Shown here piece by piece: positions 62,597-64,000 of a stretch of DNA of 64,000 bases. The translations under genes and the position numbers were made by a program. Numbering within the stretch: position 1 is the first letter of the stretch; every line of letters begins with the position of its first letter. Origin of the DNA: Longimicrobiales bacterium (GTDB taxonomy: Bacteria > Gemmatimonadota > Gemmatimonadetes > Longimicrobiales > Gaopeijiaceae); assembly GCA_965226375.1 (NCBI GenBank), contig CBDDCX010000008.1:480001-544000 (forward strand), given 5' to 3'. Under the pieces are notes generated by a model. That model worked only from the letters and a program-made list of their open reading frames with translations. It was not told the origin of the DNA and ran no database searches.

Positions 62597-64000
62597 GTGA
62601 GCTCATCACCTTCATTCGTCCAAGTGGCTTTGCCACTCCCCTTGGACCAGACCTTCACGTACTCCACGTCGGGTCCGGTCCCTGAGGCAGGGACAAGGGT
62701 TCTCGTGCCGTTCCGACGGGAGGAGCGCATCGGGTTCGTTGTCGGGGCGGCCGACAGTGAGGGCCGAAAGGGCATCCGGCCCATTCTCGCGGTCCTGGAC
62801 CTCGAACCCGTGGTACCACCCGCTCAACTGCGCTTGGCCCGGTGGATGGCGGACTACTACATCGCGCCCCTGGGTATCGCCCTGAGAACGATGCTCCCGG
62901 CGGTCCTCTCTGATGCGTCTCGTGACGTCGTAGCTCTGACGGAGAACGAGATGGGGAGCCTCAAGCCGAGGGAGCGTCGACTGGTCGAGGCGATGGCAGC
63001 AGGAGGCCGCTCGCAGAGTGTTCGGGGTCTCCGCCGGGGGCTCGACATGGGCTCCATCTGGCCGGAGATCCGCGCGCTCTCGGCGCGGGGAATCCTGAGT
63101 CATGAGACTCTTCCCCCCCGGTCTCCGCCGGTGAAGACGGAGAGGGTCGTGCGGCTGGACCGGTGGATCGAGGATCTCGATGAGCTCGATCGTCTCTTCG
63201 GACGAGCACGGCGTCAGGCCGAGGCCTACCAGGCGCTGACGGCGTCCGGAGGCAACGTGGAGTTGGCGCATCTCACGGGTCAGGCAGGCTTCAGCCGGAG
63301 CGTGATTCAGGGGCTGGAGGACAAGGGACTCGCCGTAGTCGAGGACCGTGAGGTGCACCGTGACCCCTGCGCGCAGATTCCGGTGGAGGAGGAGGCCAGA
63401 CACGAACCCACCGCCCGACAGGCTGCGGCGATCCGGACCCTCATCGACACCTTCGACGGTGGACCTTCGGAGCCGTTCCTGCTTCACGGCGTGACCGGGT
63501 CGGGCAAGACGCTCGTCTACATCGAACTGCTGAGTCACGTGCTGGCCCAGGGCAGGGGCGCGATCGTGCTCGTGCCCGAGATCTCCCTGACGCCCCAGAC
63601 CGTGGCCCGCTTCCGGGCCCGCTTCGGCGACGAGGTCGCGGTGCTCCATTCGGCCCTCTCGGACGGCGAGCGCTACGATGCTTGGCGACAGCTACGCGAG
63701 GGCCACCGACGCATTGCGGTGGGAGCCCGCTCAGCCCTTTTCGCACCGGTGGCCGATCTGGGCGTCATCGTGGTGGACGAGGAGCACGACGGTAGCTACA
63801 AACAATCCGAGGCTCCCCGGTATCACGCTCGGGATATGGCGGTCCTGAGGGCCTTCCAGCAAGGCGCGCTGTGTGTCCTGGGCAGCGCCACTCCTTCCCT
63901 GGAGAGCTGGCACAACGTGGAGCGCGGGAAGTTCAGCCGCATCTCCCTTCCGGATCGGGTCGGGGGAGCTCGGCTACCGCCGGTCCGACTGGTGGACCTG
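62597..64000 (+). CDS. priA: Primosomal protein N' (partial, runs off the window)
   Basis: VALPLP..FTY, VPF, LHGVTGSGKT, LVPEISLTPQ, DEEHD.SYKQ and LGSATPSLES in one open frame. Confidence 0.95.
   Translation, partial: MSSSPSFVQVALPLPLDQTFTYSTSGPVPEAGTRVLVPFRREERIGFVVGAADSEGRKGIRPILAVLDLEPVVPPAQLRLARWMADYYIAPLGIALRTMLPAVLSDASRDVVALTENEMGSLKPRERRLVEAMAAGGRSQSVRGLRRGLDMGSIWPEIRALSARGILSHETLPPRSPPVKTERVVRLDRWIEDLDELDRLFGRARRQAEAYQALTASGGNVELAHLTGQAGFSRSVIQGLEDKGLAVVEDREVHRDPCAQIPVEEEARHEPTARQAAAIRTLIDTFDGGPSEPFLLHGVTGSGKTLVYIELLSHVLAQGRGAIVLVPEISLTPQTVARFRARFGDEVAVLHSALSDGERYDAWRQLREGHRRIAVGARSALFAPVADLGVIVVDEEHDGSYKQSEAPRYHARDMAVLRAFQQGALCVLGSATPSLESWHNVERGKFSRISLPDRVGGARLPPVRLVDL

Overview
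GC-rich bacterial chromosomal window; gene content and style suggest Gemmatimonadota, which is inference only. It falls into four zones. (1) 1-5.6 kb is an insertion hot spot: a complete IS1595-family element with inverted repeats and an 8-bp target duplication, a tRNA-Ile anticodon-arm relic, a lone integron-like gene cassette with an attC-like site and no integrase, and a truncated beta-lactamase-family gene. (2) 5.6-24.5 kb is a Wzx/Wzy/Wza/Wzc polysaccharide locus joined to an HprK-like kinase, a nucleotidyltransferase, three radical SAM genes (two B12-binding) and three methyltransferases. It carries many lesions (in-frame stops, frameshifts, deletions) while the housekeeping genes are intact. 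(3) 24.5-42.4 kb is the best candidate for an undescribed system: five secreted paralogous LVIVD-like beta-propeller proteins with four invariant His motifs, a CBM9/DUF5916-like outer-membrane protein, a DUF4139-like protein, a small secreted protein ending in MHxxxGH..C, and, nearby, a Met-rich multicopper-oxidase homologue that has lost three trinuclear-cluster His ligands. (4) 42.4-64 kb is mostly housekeeping: SSS transporter with a MatB-like ligase, nfuA, glyQS, NSS transporter, nth, HD protein, M6 protease, carB, HDAC, ccmH, M24 peptidase and a partial priA. No CRISPR array, rRNA or complete tRNA was seen. All family calls come from motif recognition, not database searches.
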